From Bdellovibrionota bacterium (GTDB taxonomy: Bacteria; Bdellovibrionota_C; UBA2361; JBGSMV01), in assembly GCA_044356455.1 (NCBI GenBank), contig JBIKWF010000139.1:1-10012 (forward strand): a DNA stretch of 10,012 bases. Reading direction: 5' to 3'. Made by a program: the position numbers and the translations under genes. Below are positions 1-6,870 of this stretch, piece by piece (position 1 is the stretch's first letter; every line of letters begins with the position of its first letter). The notes beneath the pieces were generated by a model, which was not told the origin of the DNA, ran no database searches, and saw only the letters and a program-made list of their open reading frames with translations.

Positions 1-248
1 CTAATCTCTTCAATAAGACCTTGAGGATCCTGAGCGTGGTGGAGCACCATAAAGAGCGTCACAAACTCTTGTGAACCATCCGGGAAAGGCAATCGCTTCC
101 CATCGAAAGGAACAAGAGTAACATCAGTAAAGGTCGTATCCGGCCTTAGGAAAAGCTCAACTCCAATTGCCGCACCAGGCGAGAGGCCCCAGCTCCGCGC
201 CATGGTGCGCGTAAGGTTGCCATCTCCACATCCAAGGATGCTCCGCAA
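1..248 (-). CDS. Class I SAM-dependent methyltransferase (Methyltransf_11-like), partial: 3' end beyond the left edge, 5' end apparently disrupted
   Basis: Not in the ORF track; translated by hand. The - frame is open from 269 to the window edge: LRSILGCGDGNLTRTMARSWGLSPGAAIGVELFLRPDTTFTDVTLVPFDGKRLPFPDGSQEFVTLFMVLHHAQDPQGLIEEI. It shows motif I (GCGDG, 233-219), the acidic end of strand 2 (GVE), and the typical LPFPDGS...VLHH.QDP..LIEEI segment. Possible starts are TTG 248 and ATG 203. In-frame TGA at 272-270. Confidence 0.8.
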   Translation of the reverse strand, partial: MRSILGCGDGNLTRTMARSWGLSPGAAIGVELFLRPDTTFTDVTLVPFDGKRLPFPDGSQEFVTLFMVLHHAQDPQGLIEEI

Positions 249-332
249 CCGGGGAGCTCGGCGCCAATTTCAGGTGGGGAACAATGGAGTTCAAGTTGGA
301 AGCTTGCCTCGTTACCAGATCTCGGCGCGCGT

Positions 333-863
333 GTGCGCCTCATTTCTGTAGATGCCGCTACCCGTTCTGATGCCATCAATAATCTAGAAATGTTGATGAC
401 AACCGCTGGCTTTCAGATGACTCCTCGTCTCAGAGAATTTTTGGATAGAAAGTTAACGCCACCACTCTCCGTGAACGAATCAGAACTTCAAGATCTCTAT
501 ACTGCTGCGGGCGGAGTTGTCGGCGTCACATTCACTGCTCTTTATCAAGGCGCTCCTTGCTTGGCGATTCGCTTCACTCCTGACTCGAAGCAGGGAGATC
601 GCGGCGAAGAAGCGCGCCAATTCCCGATACTTCGCACCGCTGCTAACGATTTTAGTGCGCGTGTGGAATTTCCTCTCAAGAGAGCGATGGGGAGTCAGGC
701 GGCGAAGGTGGCTGAAGGATACCTTCAGGCATGCGGACTCGGGAACCTAGGAACTGCGAGTTATGAGTCTGGGCTCGGGAGTCCAGCAATTAGGTTTGTG
801 AAACCAGCTAGCTTCGGCTCTAAGTTTGTCGATGTTTATTACGAAGAACGGGCCCAGCGATAA
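333..863 (+). CDS. Hypothetical protein (possibly the N-terminal piece of an interrupted gene)
   Basis: 176-aa ORF with protein-like composition and no recognisable motif. GTG start without a clear SD; the frame is open upstream to the TAG at 147-149, so the true start is uncertain. Confidence 0.55.
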   Translation: MRLISVDAATRSDAINNLEMLMTTAGFQMTPRLREFLDRKLTPPLSVNESELQDLYTAAGGVVGVTFTALYQGAPCLAIRFTPDSKQGDRGEEARQFPILRTAANDFSARVEFPLKRAMGSQAAKVAEGYLQACGLGNLGTASYESGLGSPAIRFVKPASFGSKFVDVYYEERAQR

Positions 864-866
864 TTT

Positions 867-1130
867 TTGCGCCGCGGGGTCCCAGAAGCGCCGGTGGAGG
901 ACGTAACAGCTCGGCAGGAGCAGGCGCTGCTTGCCGAGCTACTTAAATCAGACAAGAAGCATCACCGGCTTTACGTATTCCCCAAAGATCTACGGCACGT
1001 GGTCTCTGAGAAAATTTGGGAGGAAAAAATTCGAGGTTGGGGCAACCTATGTCTTGTTGTGCTCCCTGTTATCAAGGAACCCAGAGGAAATGCCGTCACC
1101 TTAGGGAGTGACACTAAGATGGCAAGCTAG
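867..1130 (+). CDS. Hypothetical protein, or C-terminal piece of the 333-863 gene
   Basis: 87-aa ORF in the same frame as 333-863, separated only by TAA (861-863) and TTT. Weak TTG start without an obvious SD. Confidence 0.4.
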   Translation: MRRGVPEAPVEDVTARQEQALLAELLKSDKKHHRLYVFPKDLRHVVSEKIWEEKIRGWGNLCLVVLPVIKEPRGNAVTLGSDTKMAS

Positions 1131-1354
1131 CGCGCGAGGGCGTCGGCTTCGGAACAAGAGCCCGGCGCCAGAATACAGCGCTAATGGTTCGAGGTAGTAC
1201 TTATGTGGTGTGCGCCTGGTTGGGTGGTGGCGGTAATGCGTCTCGATATGGTGGCGTTCCCTTTGGTCCTACGCCCTCCGCCCCCAGTCACACCCAGCCC
1301 ACATGCGATACTGTTCCGGAAAAGAGGCAGATTGGATTGCCGTGAGCTGCTGCC

Positions 1355-3316
1355 ATGCGAGTAGGCCTGTATAGTCTGGCGCTACTACTGACGCTCATTC
1401 TTGCGCCGATACCACACGCGAAGGCCGCAAATCCCGCATTCATCATCCCGATAAAGGCAAGTCCGTACCATTGTCGGGTGCGCGAGGCTTCGCTGTGCCA
1501 GAAACAATCCGCTGGTCGGTGTTTGCGCGTTTCCGCATCGAGAGAAGCGCAGCTTACTCGCAGCATCGCTCGCAGCCCAGCTCGCAGCCAGCGATTGCGA
1601 GAACTAAAACGCCAGCTTTCGATGCTGCGGCGTAGCAAGGCCGAATGTCAGTCCTTATTCGAGCGCACGGTTCAGTGCCGTAATGGAATCCAGGATGGCA
1701 CGGAGCGCGGGATTGACTGCGACGGGAGCTGCGCAACTCGCTGCTCTCCTGAAGCGACTCCGACAGCGCCTGCCACAGGAACACCCCCCACAGTAGCACC
1801 TACTGCTACTCCTGCGATTACCATCACTCCACAGCCATCGCCGACACCCCGCGTCTACCCCCGCGCAGCAGCCCTATCGCAGTATGGGGTAACGTGGTCG
1901 TTTGATAGACCCTACCGCTATGGGCAGTTCGTTACCGGTGATTGGTGGGTCATTCCTGATTCAACCACTGAGGGAGTAGTTGTTACCGCGATCTCTCCAG
2001 ATGGAGAAACCGGACGACACGGATTCCAGGTGAATCCGGTAAATCTACAGGCCCTTGATTCTCGAGGGCACGATTACCGTCCGGAGCTGCGACCCACGCT
2101 GCCGTTACAGATCTCAGTAGATGCATCTATTATCAAAGCAGTATCCAAAGGAACATCAACTCAATGTAGCTATAACGCGTGGGAGAGCTGCGTGCTCAGC
2201 ACCGTTGCGGTTCTAACTGTGCTGCGCGAGCCTCCCCCTGACGATGCTTTTAGGCCGCCTTACTGGGGGAGCATCAAACCCATCTATCGGAGCTTCTCGA
2301 TCGACGCAACAAGGCTGCCCTCAGTGGGCACTGTTCAATCTCCACCATCACTGGTAACGCTTGCGGCTCAGTTTGCCAGACCGCAGTTCGATCCCCCCGG
2401 ATGGTGGAATCGGTCGATACATCCGGAGCTCAATCTTCCAAATTACGGGGGCGATATTGGACGACGCTCGAGCGAGGCAGTGGTGCGACTGATGCTCAGT
2501 GATTCACCAAGCGAGAAAAGGCCGTTGCTGCTTAACCTGGTGCAATACGGGATCGACATCTCTGCTTTCATCCGTACGGGAAACTACTTCCCCTCATCAG
2601 GTGGCCACGGTAACGGACGAAAGATAGTGATGGCGCTTGCCGCTCTGTTTCTCGATGATCAGCAGCTGATTGATCTCGTGAGTGTGCGCGATGTAGTGAA
2701 ATTCAGCGAAGATGGGGGTTTTATTATTGGCGCCGGAGGTGTTCCGATCTTCGGGCATGATCAGAGTACCAGTCTTGAGGCGACATACTGGAACATCGTG
2801 GTCGATTATAACGCGGCAGGTTCTCGTGTTGTTGCTGACCCATATCGCTTCATCGACGGGGGGCATCGGCCTCTCACCTCGTATCAACAGCTCTGCTTCG
2901 GCCCTGAGAAAGGGGCTGCGCTTTCGTTGATCCTATTCCCTGAGCTGCGGCAGCTCTGGAATAACGATGACTTCATTCGGTATGTCGACCGGATGGTGTC
3001 GGTAGGCGGATGGGCACAGCCGGACCCCTGTGCTCCGGCAACGGGTAGCTGTGCCAGCGGGAGCAACATCGGGGGCCACTGTACTTCTGCCTCTCCATCG
3101 AGCGTTTGCGGTGAGGGGGTTGCGTGTAATCTGGTCGCTCGCTGGGCTACGGATTATGGGCAGCTCTACGGACCTGATGGGCACGGGGGATGTATTCTAG
3201 ATACCGACCCATCTGATGGTATCGGTCGATTCCCCCAGCTTCACGGGAGCAACCGCGATGTTATGGGATATGGAAGTGGGTTCGTAAACTCCGTATGGAG
3301 TGCTTATCGGGAGTAG
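1355..3316 (+). CDS. Secreted modular protein of unknown function (signal peptide, basic Cys-containing region, Cys-rich CxxGIQDGxExGIDCxGxC repeat, Pro/Thr linker, ~480-aa globular domain)
   Basis: 653-aa ORF. Signal peptide MRVGLYSLALLLTLILAPIPHAKA. CRNGIQDGTERGIDCDGSCATRC at 1676-1744. Linker PEATPTAPATGTPPTVAPTATPAITITPQPSPTP at about 1745-1850. Aromatic-rich domain starting SQYGVTWSFDRPYRYGQFVTGDWWV (1877) with AFRPPY, VQYGID and GGHGNGRK segments. Confidence 0.85.
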   Translation: MRVGLYSLALLLTLILAPIPHAKAANPAFIIPIKASPYHCRVREASLCQKQSAGRCLRVSASREAQLTRSIARSPARSQRLRELKRQLSMLRRSKAECQSLFERTVQCRNGIQDGTERGIDCDGSCATRCSPEATPTAPATGTPPTVAPTATPAITITPQPSPTPRVYPRAAALSQYGVTWSFDRPYRYGQFVTGDWWVIPDSTTEGVVVTAISPDGETGRHGFQVNPVNLQALDSRGHDYRPELRPTLPLQISVDASIIKAVSKGTSTQCSYNAWESCVLSTVAVLTVLREPPPDDAFRPPYWGSIKPIYRSFSIDATRLPSVGTVQSPPSLVTLAAQFARPQFDPPGWWNRSIHPELNLPNYGGDIGRRSSEAVVRLMLSDSPSEKRPLLLNLVQYGIDISAFIRTGNYFPSSGGHGNGRKIVMALAALFLDDQQLIDLVSVRDVVKFSEDGGFIIGAGGVPIFGHDQSTSLEATYWNIVVDYNAAGSRVVADPYRFIDGGHRPLTSYQQLCFGPEKGAALSLILFPELRQLWNNDDFIRYVDRMVSVGGWAQPDPCAPATGSCASGSNIGGHCTSASPSSVCGEGVACNLVARWATDYGQLYGPDGHGGCILDTDPSDGIGRFPQLHGSNRDVMGYGSGFVNSVWSAYRE

Positions 3317-3319
3317 CGC

Positions 3320-3448
3320 CCCCTCTGGGACACCCACTTTTTGGAACCAGGACGAAAGCCAGGCTACTCCGCTAATCAGCGAGAATCTTAGGCCATAAGG
3401 CTGGGAGCCCGGGCCGGCGCCTGAAAAATGTGGGTGTCCGAAGAGGGG
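3320..3448. repeat. REP-like inverted repeat pair (about 23-25-nt arms, about 80-nt spacer)
   Basis: Left arm 3320-3342 is CCCCTCTGGGACACCCACTTTTT. The reverse complement of the right arm (3424-3448) is CCCCTCTTCGGACACCCACATTTTT. The pair begins 4 nt after the 3316 stop codon. Confidence 0.75.
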
Positions 3449-3574
3449 TCGAGCACGGAATCAACGGGTTATAACTCTGGCGCATAGTAAAAATGCCTAT
3501 TCGGCGGTCTTGCTGAAGCGGAACTCTTCGCTTCTTGGATATGCTTAATGTCGAAGAGAATCTTCAGCACTTTG

Positions 3575-3580
3575 GGAGGT
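3575..3580 (+). promoter_or_regulatory. Shine-Dalgarno site for the collagenase gene
   Basis: GGAGGT at 3575-3580 lies upstream of in-frame ATGs at 3585 and 3591. It overlaps the GTG at 3579, so that GTG is unlikely to be the start. Confidence 0.7.
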
Positions 3581-3584
3581 GAGA

Positions 3585-6170
3585 ATGGGTATGAGGCTAA
3601 CCAGAACCGTCTGGTTTCTATTGCTGAGTGCTTTAAGTTTGCCTACCACAGCGTTTGCTGGACCTTCGCTGCAGCCGCAAAGCGCGCGCTCTTCCGATAT
3701 TTACCCTCAAACTGAATGTAGCCGAGAGGCGCTGCCCAGGGACGGCGGCTTGAAGCTGCCGGGATCTCGGCGCACTTCATCGGCAGAGCTATTCGTTCTC
3801 TCTGCACGGGCGGCCGAAGAAACGTGTAGTGCAGCTTCCTTTGCGGCACTTCCGCCTTCCGAGCTTGTAAGTTTTGTTAAACGTTCGTCAATTAATTGTA
3901 TTTCGTCCCTCTTCCGTTACAGCGCTGAAAGTTCTCTTGTCTATACTACTAGCGCCATGTCGGTAATGCTCAGCGAAATTGTTTCGGTAGCCCCGATCTA
4001 TTCAGCAGGCAACTCATACGGCCTCGAAAATATGCTCGAATTCGTTCGTGGAGGGTATTTTCTAAAAGCCTCCCGTCCCGATTTGCCTATCGATTCCGCC
4101 GCGCTCTCTCCGCATTTAGTGCACGCGCTTACCCTTGTTTCTCAAAGCCCCGCATTCCTCGATGTTGCGGACGATACGGGATACCTAGCGGCATGGATTA
4201 AGATTGTAGATAACGAAGGCTTGTGGGTTACCTTCGCCCCATCGTTAGAGCAGCTTCTCTTGCTTTTTTGGGAAATGCCCGCTCGTCTTGATTCCTATCC
4301 TCAAGGGGATGCTCTGTACTCAGTTCTTTATACACTCGCTCGTGCCTCCTATAATTCCGTATTTCTCGAGTCCTCGGCAAATTTCGTTTCTCTTCTCGAT
4401 CTTTACGCCAGCGACACGGTTCGCTTCGCCTCACCGAATAATGCATGGGTAGCGCAAAATGCGATTTTTACGCTGGGTACATTCCGTTACATCTCTGACT
4501 ACTTAGCGGTCTCTCGGATAACTCAGCAGAGCTTGGCGGCACTTGTTCGCGCCTATGATGCACAACCGCAGCTCACGGGAGCCTGGCTTCAATCCCTCTC
4601 TGCAATTGTGCGCAATCAGCCCAATGAATGTGCAGTTCTAAATGATGGCCGTGAGATTTGCAAAGGTCCTATTGCCGAACAACTCAAGGCTACTTTGCTT
4701 AGAGACCGGTATGAGTTCGATGATGGACGGCTTGTAGTGCTCACGTCACTTCCGCTAAATGTGGTGCAGAAACTCTACCATGCCGCGAAGGAGGTAGAGG
4801 CACAGTTTTTCCGCATTCTCGGCACCAGAGAGCCAGTGCCAGGGGATCCCTCGCACATTCTTACGATTTGGCTCTACGACACGCGCTCGAACTATGAGAT
4901 TTACCAGCCGTTTTTGACCGGCCTCGGTACATCGAACGGGGGTATCTATATTGAGCAGGACGCGAGGTTCTATACGTATGAGCGTACCCCAGAGGAAAGT
5001 AGATACACCTTGGAAGAGCTTTTCCGGCATGAGTACACCCACTATCTTCAGGCGCGCTATTTGGCACACGGGTTCTGGGGCGAATCCCCAATTTATAGCA
5101 ACGAAAGGCTTACGTGGTACGAAGAGGGGATGGCAGAGTTTCTTGCAGGGAGCACTAGGGCAAAGGGCGTTCTTCCTCGCAGGGTTCTGATACAACAACT
5201 TGGGGATGAGAGTGGTTGGTACTCTGTACCGCAAGTACTTACCGCAACATACGGGTCCTTTGATTTTTATCGCTATTCGGGTTTGCTCTTTAATCACCTC
5301 TATGAATCGGACGTTCCGCTTCTACGGAGTCTTTTTCATAAAGTTCGAACGAACGATGTAGCCGGCTTTGATGCGTTGATTACTTCGCTAAAGTCGGACT
5401 CTGTGCTCGCGAATTCTTACCGCACATACCTGCGCACCCTGCAGCAACAAGCGTCGGCGCACTCTAATCCAGAGGTATTTCTGCGATCGCTCATTCGACT
5501 CTCCACGGGCGAAGTGGCAAGTGTAGAGCAGGCCTTTGATGCAGTGGTTCCAGTGTCATGCGCTGGGAAGTATCAAAGTATTAATCGACGCTTTGAGTGC
5601 TTCGGATCCCTGCCCTCATTTGCCCCGGGTGATTGGAGCGCTAGGAGTCGGTATTTGGATGAGGTCCAGAGCGCCTTGGCACAGGGAGAGGTGGAGAATC
5701 TTAAATCGATTACCTGCACTTTTAACGAAGACGACACATTTGCGTGCGAGGGTCCCTTGGTGGCCTCCGATCCCGCCGACAGTTGTCAGTCAGATTTACT
5801 TAAAGTTGTGCCCGGGGTGTGCGGGTGTGGTGTGCTTGAGTCACGTTCGACAAGTACTGGGAAGTCGGAATGTCTCTCCGCATCAAAGCCTCGGCCCCCT
5901 AAAATTTCAAAGACGAGTGCCAACAGTGTGATGGTGGAATTCCCTTCAGCGGTCAAGACTACGGGAGTTAATTCTCGTCGAAAGCGCACTTTTGGCAGAA
6001 AACGCAAGGTATCAATCGTTCAAAAGCTATCTTTTGGGAAAAAACTTACGGTGAAGGGTCTTCGGCCAGGCAAGTATGAAATGTCCTATTCAATCCCAGT
6101 AGGCGATGATGAGATTTTTAGTTCTGCTGCTTCTTTCCGAATTAGGCGACCGAAGCCAGCGGCAGAGTGA
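3585..6170 (+). CDS. Secreted microbial collagenase, peptidase family M9 (Peptidase_M9_N + Peptidase_M9 zinc metalloprotease)
   Basis: Signal peptide (MRLTRTVWFLLLSALSLPTTAFA). M9 N-terminal-type segment (C...F..L...LVSFVK...NCISSLF...LEFVRGGYF). Catalytic region NGGIYIE...FYTYERTPEESRYTLEELFRHEYTHYLQARY...RLTWYEEGMAEFLAGSTR, with HEXXH at 5028-5042 and a Glu (5124-5126) 28 residues after the second His, as in clostridial ColG. Start placed at ATG 3585 by SD spacing; 3591 is possible. Confidence 0.93.
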   Translation: MGMRLTRTVWFLLLSALSLPTTAFAGPSLQPQSARSSDIYPQTECSREALPRDGGLKLPGSRRTSSAELFVLSARAAEETCSAASFAALPPSELVSFVKRSSINCISSLFRYSAESSLVYTTSAMSVMLSEIVSVAPIYSAGNSYGLENMLEFVRGGYFLKASRPDLPIDSAALSPHLVHALTLVSQSPAFLDVADDTGYLAAWIKIVDNEGLWVTFAPSLEQLLLLFWEMPARLDSYPQGDALYSVLYTLARASYNSVFLESSANFVSLLDLYASDTVRFASPNNAWVAQNAIFTLGTFRYISDYLAVSRITQQSLAALVRAYDAQPQLTGAWLQSLSAIVRNQPNECAVLNDGREICKGPIAEQLKATLLRDRYEFDDGRLVVLTSLPLNVVQKLYHAAKEVEAQFFRILGTREPVPGDPSHILTIWLYDTRSNYEIYQPFLTGLGTSNGGIYIEQDARFYTYERTPEESRYTLEELFRHEYTHYLQARYLAHGFWGESPIYSNERLTWYEEGMAEFLAGSTRAKGVLPRRVLIQQLGDESGWYSVPQVLTATYGSFDFYRYSGLLFNHLYESDVPLLRSLFHKVRTNDVAGFDALITSLKSDSVLANSYRTYLRTLQQQASAHSNPEVFLRSLIRLSTGEVASVEQAFDAVVPVSCAGKYQSINRRFECFGSLPSFAPGDWSARSRYLDEVQSALAQGEVENLKSITCTFNEDDTFACEGPLVASDPADSCQSDLLKVVPGVCGCGVLESRSTSTGKSECLSASKPRPPKISKTSANSVMVEFPSAVKTTGVNSRRKRTFGRKRKVSIVQKLSFGKKLTVKGLRPGKYEMSYSIPVGDDEIFSSAASFRIRRPKPAAE

Positions 6171-6209
6171 TAAACCATTTATAGCGTAGTGACAGAGGTC
6201 GAAGCTCAT

Positions 6210-6656
6210 ATGCCTCCGATGAAATATCAGCTTAGAAAAGCTTCGCATGCTGATTTGGTTCCATTAATGAGAATTGGGCATGAAGGCATTCGACCTTACG
6301 TAGAGAGCCTTTTAGGGTGGGATTCGCAGGAGCAAGAGAGGCGCTTTCGCGAAGATTTCCACCCTGAACAAATCTCAGTCATTCAATTCGAGGACAGGGT
6401 TGTCGGCTATCTCAAGGTAGAGGATAAAAGCGACCACATTTTTCTTGCAGGAATATACCTTTCAAAGAGCGTGAGGTCGGTTGGATTAGGTAGTTCGATA
6501 ATTGCAGACCTAGTAGCTACCGCCCGTAGTTCTGGCAAATCTATACGCTTACAGGTCATGCGAACAAACCCGGCTCAGAGCCTTTATCAGAGACTTGGCT
6601 TTAACATTACGGGGAACTCTGACACCCATATCTTCATGGAATCGTCTGCCGCCTAA
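6210..6656 (+). CDS. GNAT family N-acetyltransferase
   Basis: Acetyl-CoA-binding motif A (IYLSKSVRSVGLGSSII, the Q/RxxGxG variant) and motif B (LQVMRTNPAQSLYQRLGF). N-terminal YQLRKASHADL is typical. ATG 6210 follows GAGG at 6195-6198; GTG 6189 and ATG 6219 are alternatives. Confidence 0.92.
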   Translation: MPPMKYQLRKASHADLVPLMRIGHEGIRPYVESLLGWDSQEQERRFREDFHPEQISVIQFEDRVVGYLKVEDKSDHIFLAGIYLSKSVRSVGLGSSIIADLVATARSSGKSIRLQVMRTNPAQSLYQRLGFNITGNSDTHIFMESSAA

Positions 6657-6688
6657 CGTCTCAAAAGTGCGCTACCAACATCTGGGTA

Positions 6689-6704
6689 GGACACCCACGT
6701 TTTT
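6689..6704 (+). repeat. Third copy of the GGACACCCAC(N)TTTTT intergenic motif
   Basis: GGACACCCACGTTTTT, matching 3328-3342 (+) and 3424-3439 (-). It lies about 30 nt downstream of the GNAT stop codon and is followed by a small CGGGCC/GGCCCG hairpin (6712-6732). Confidence 0.7.
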
Positions 6705-6870
6705 GAAATGCCGGGCCTGCCCCCACGGCCCGATGGCCACTAAGCATCCCATAGCCGAAGGAACACTTTCCCCCTGCAATTCGTGACAATGCCGCCGCTG
6801 ACCTTGTGCTCAAAATACGCCCGATGCTTCTATCTTTCATCCCCAGCCATTAACTTGTTAGTGTTTAGGG

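Noticed and set aside
146..379. 77-aa - strand ORF from the track
   Set aside because: Its 3' half overlaps the methyltransferase in another frame and has no motif of its own. At most its 5' part is a frameshifted methyltransferase N-terminus (see findings).
517..750. 77-aa + strand ORF
   Set aside because: Out-of-frame overlap inside 333-863, with Arg/Trp-rich off-frame composition.
1288..3184. Short ORFs 1288-1638, 1554-1799, 2597-2887, 2712-2930, 2884-3069 and 2933-3184
   Set aside because: Shadow or alternate-frame ORFs overlapping the well-supported 653-aa gene; no motifs.
3320..3448. CRISPR array interpretation of the repeated motif
   Set aside because: Only two local copies, inverted rather than direct, with no regular spacers and no cas genes.
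3515..3534. Small hairpin GAAGCG-GAACTCTT-CGCTTC upstream of the collagenase
   Set aside because: Short stem with only a minimal U tract; not enough for a terminator or riboswitch call. I also found no properly spaced -35/-10 pair.
3643..6007. ORFs within the collagenase gene, including the 180-aa antisense ORF 4755-5297 and 131-aa ORF 5536-5931
   Set aside because: They fully overlap a conserved M9 peptidase and have no recognisable domains.
6621..6628. GACACCCA partial match to the REP-like motif
   Set aside because: Inside GNAT coding sequence (DTH codons), only 8 nt, and lacks the T run; likely chance.
6595..6786. 63-aa + strand ORF
   Set aside because: Overlaps the GNAT 3' end and runs through the repeat; not protein-like.
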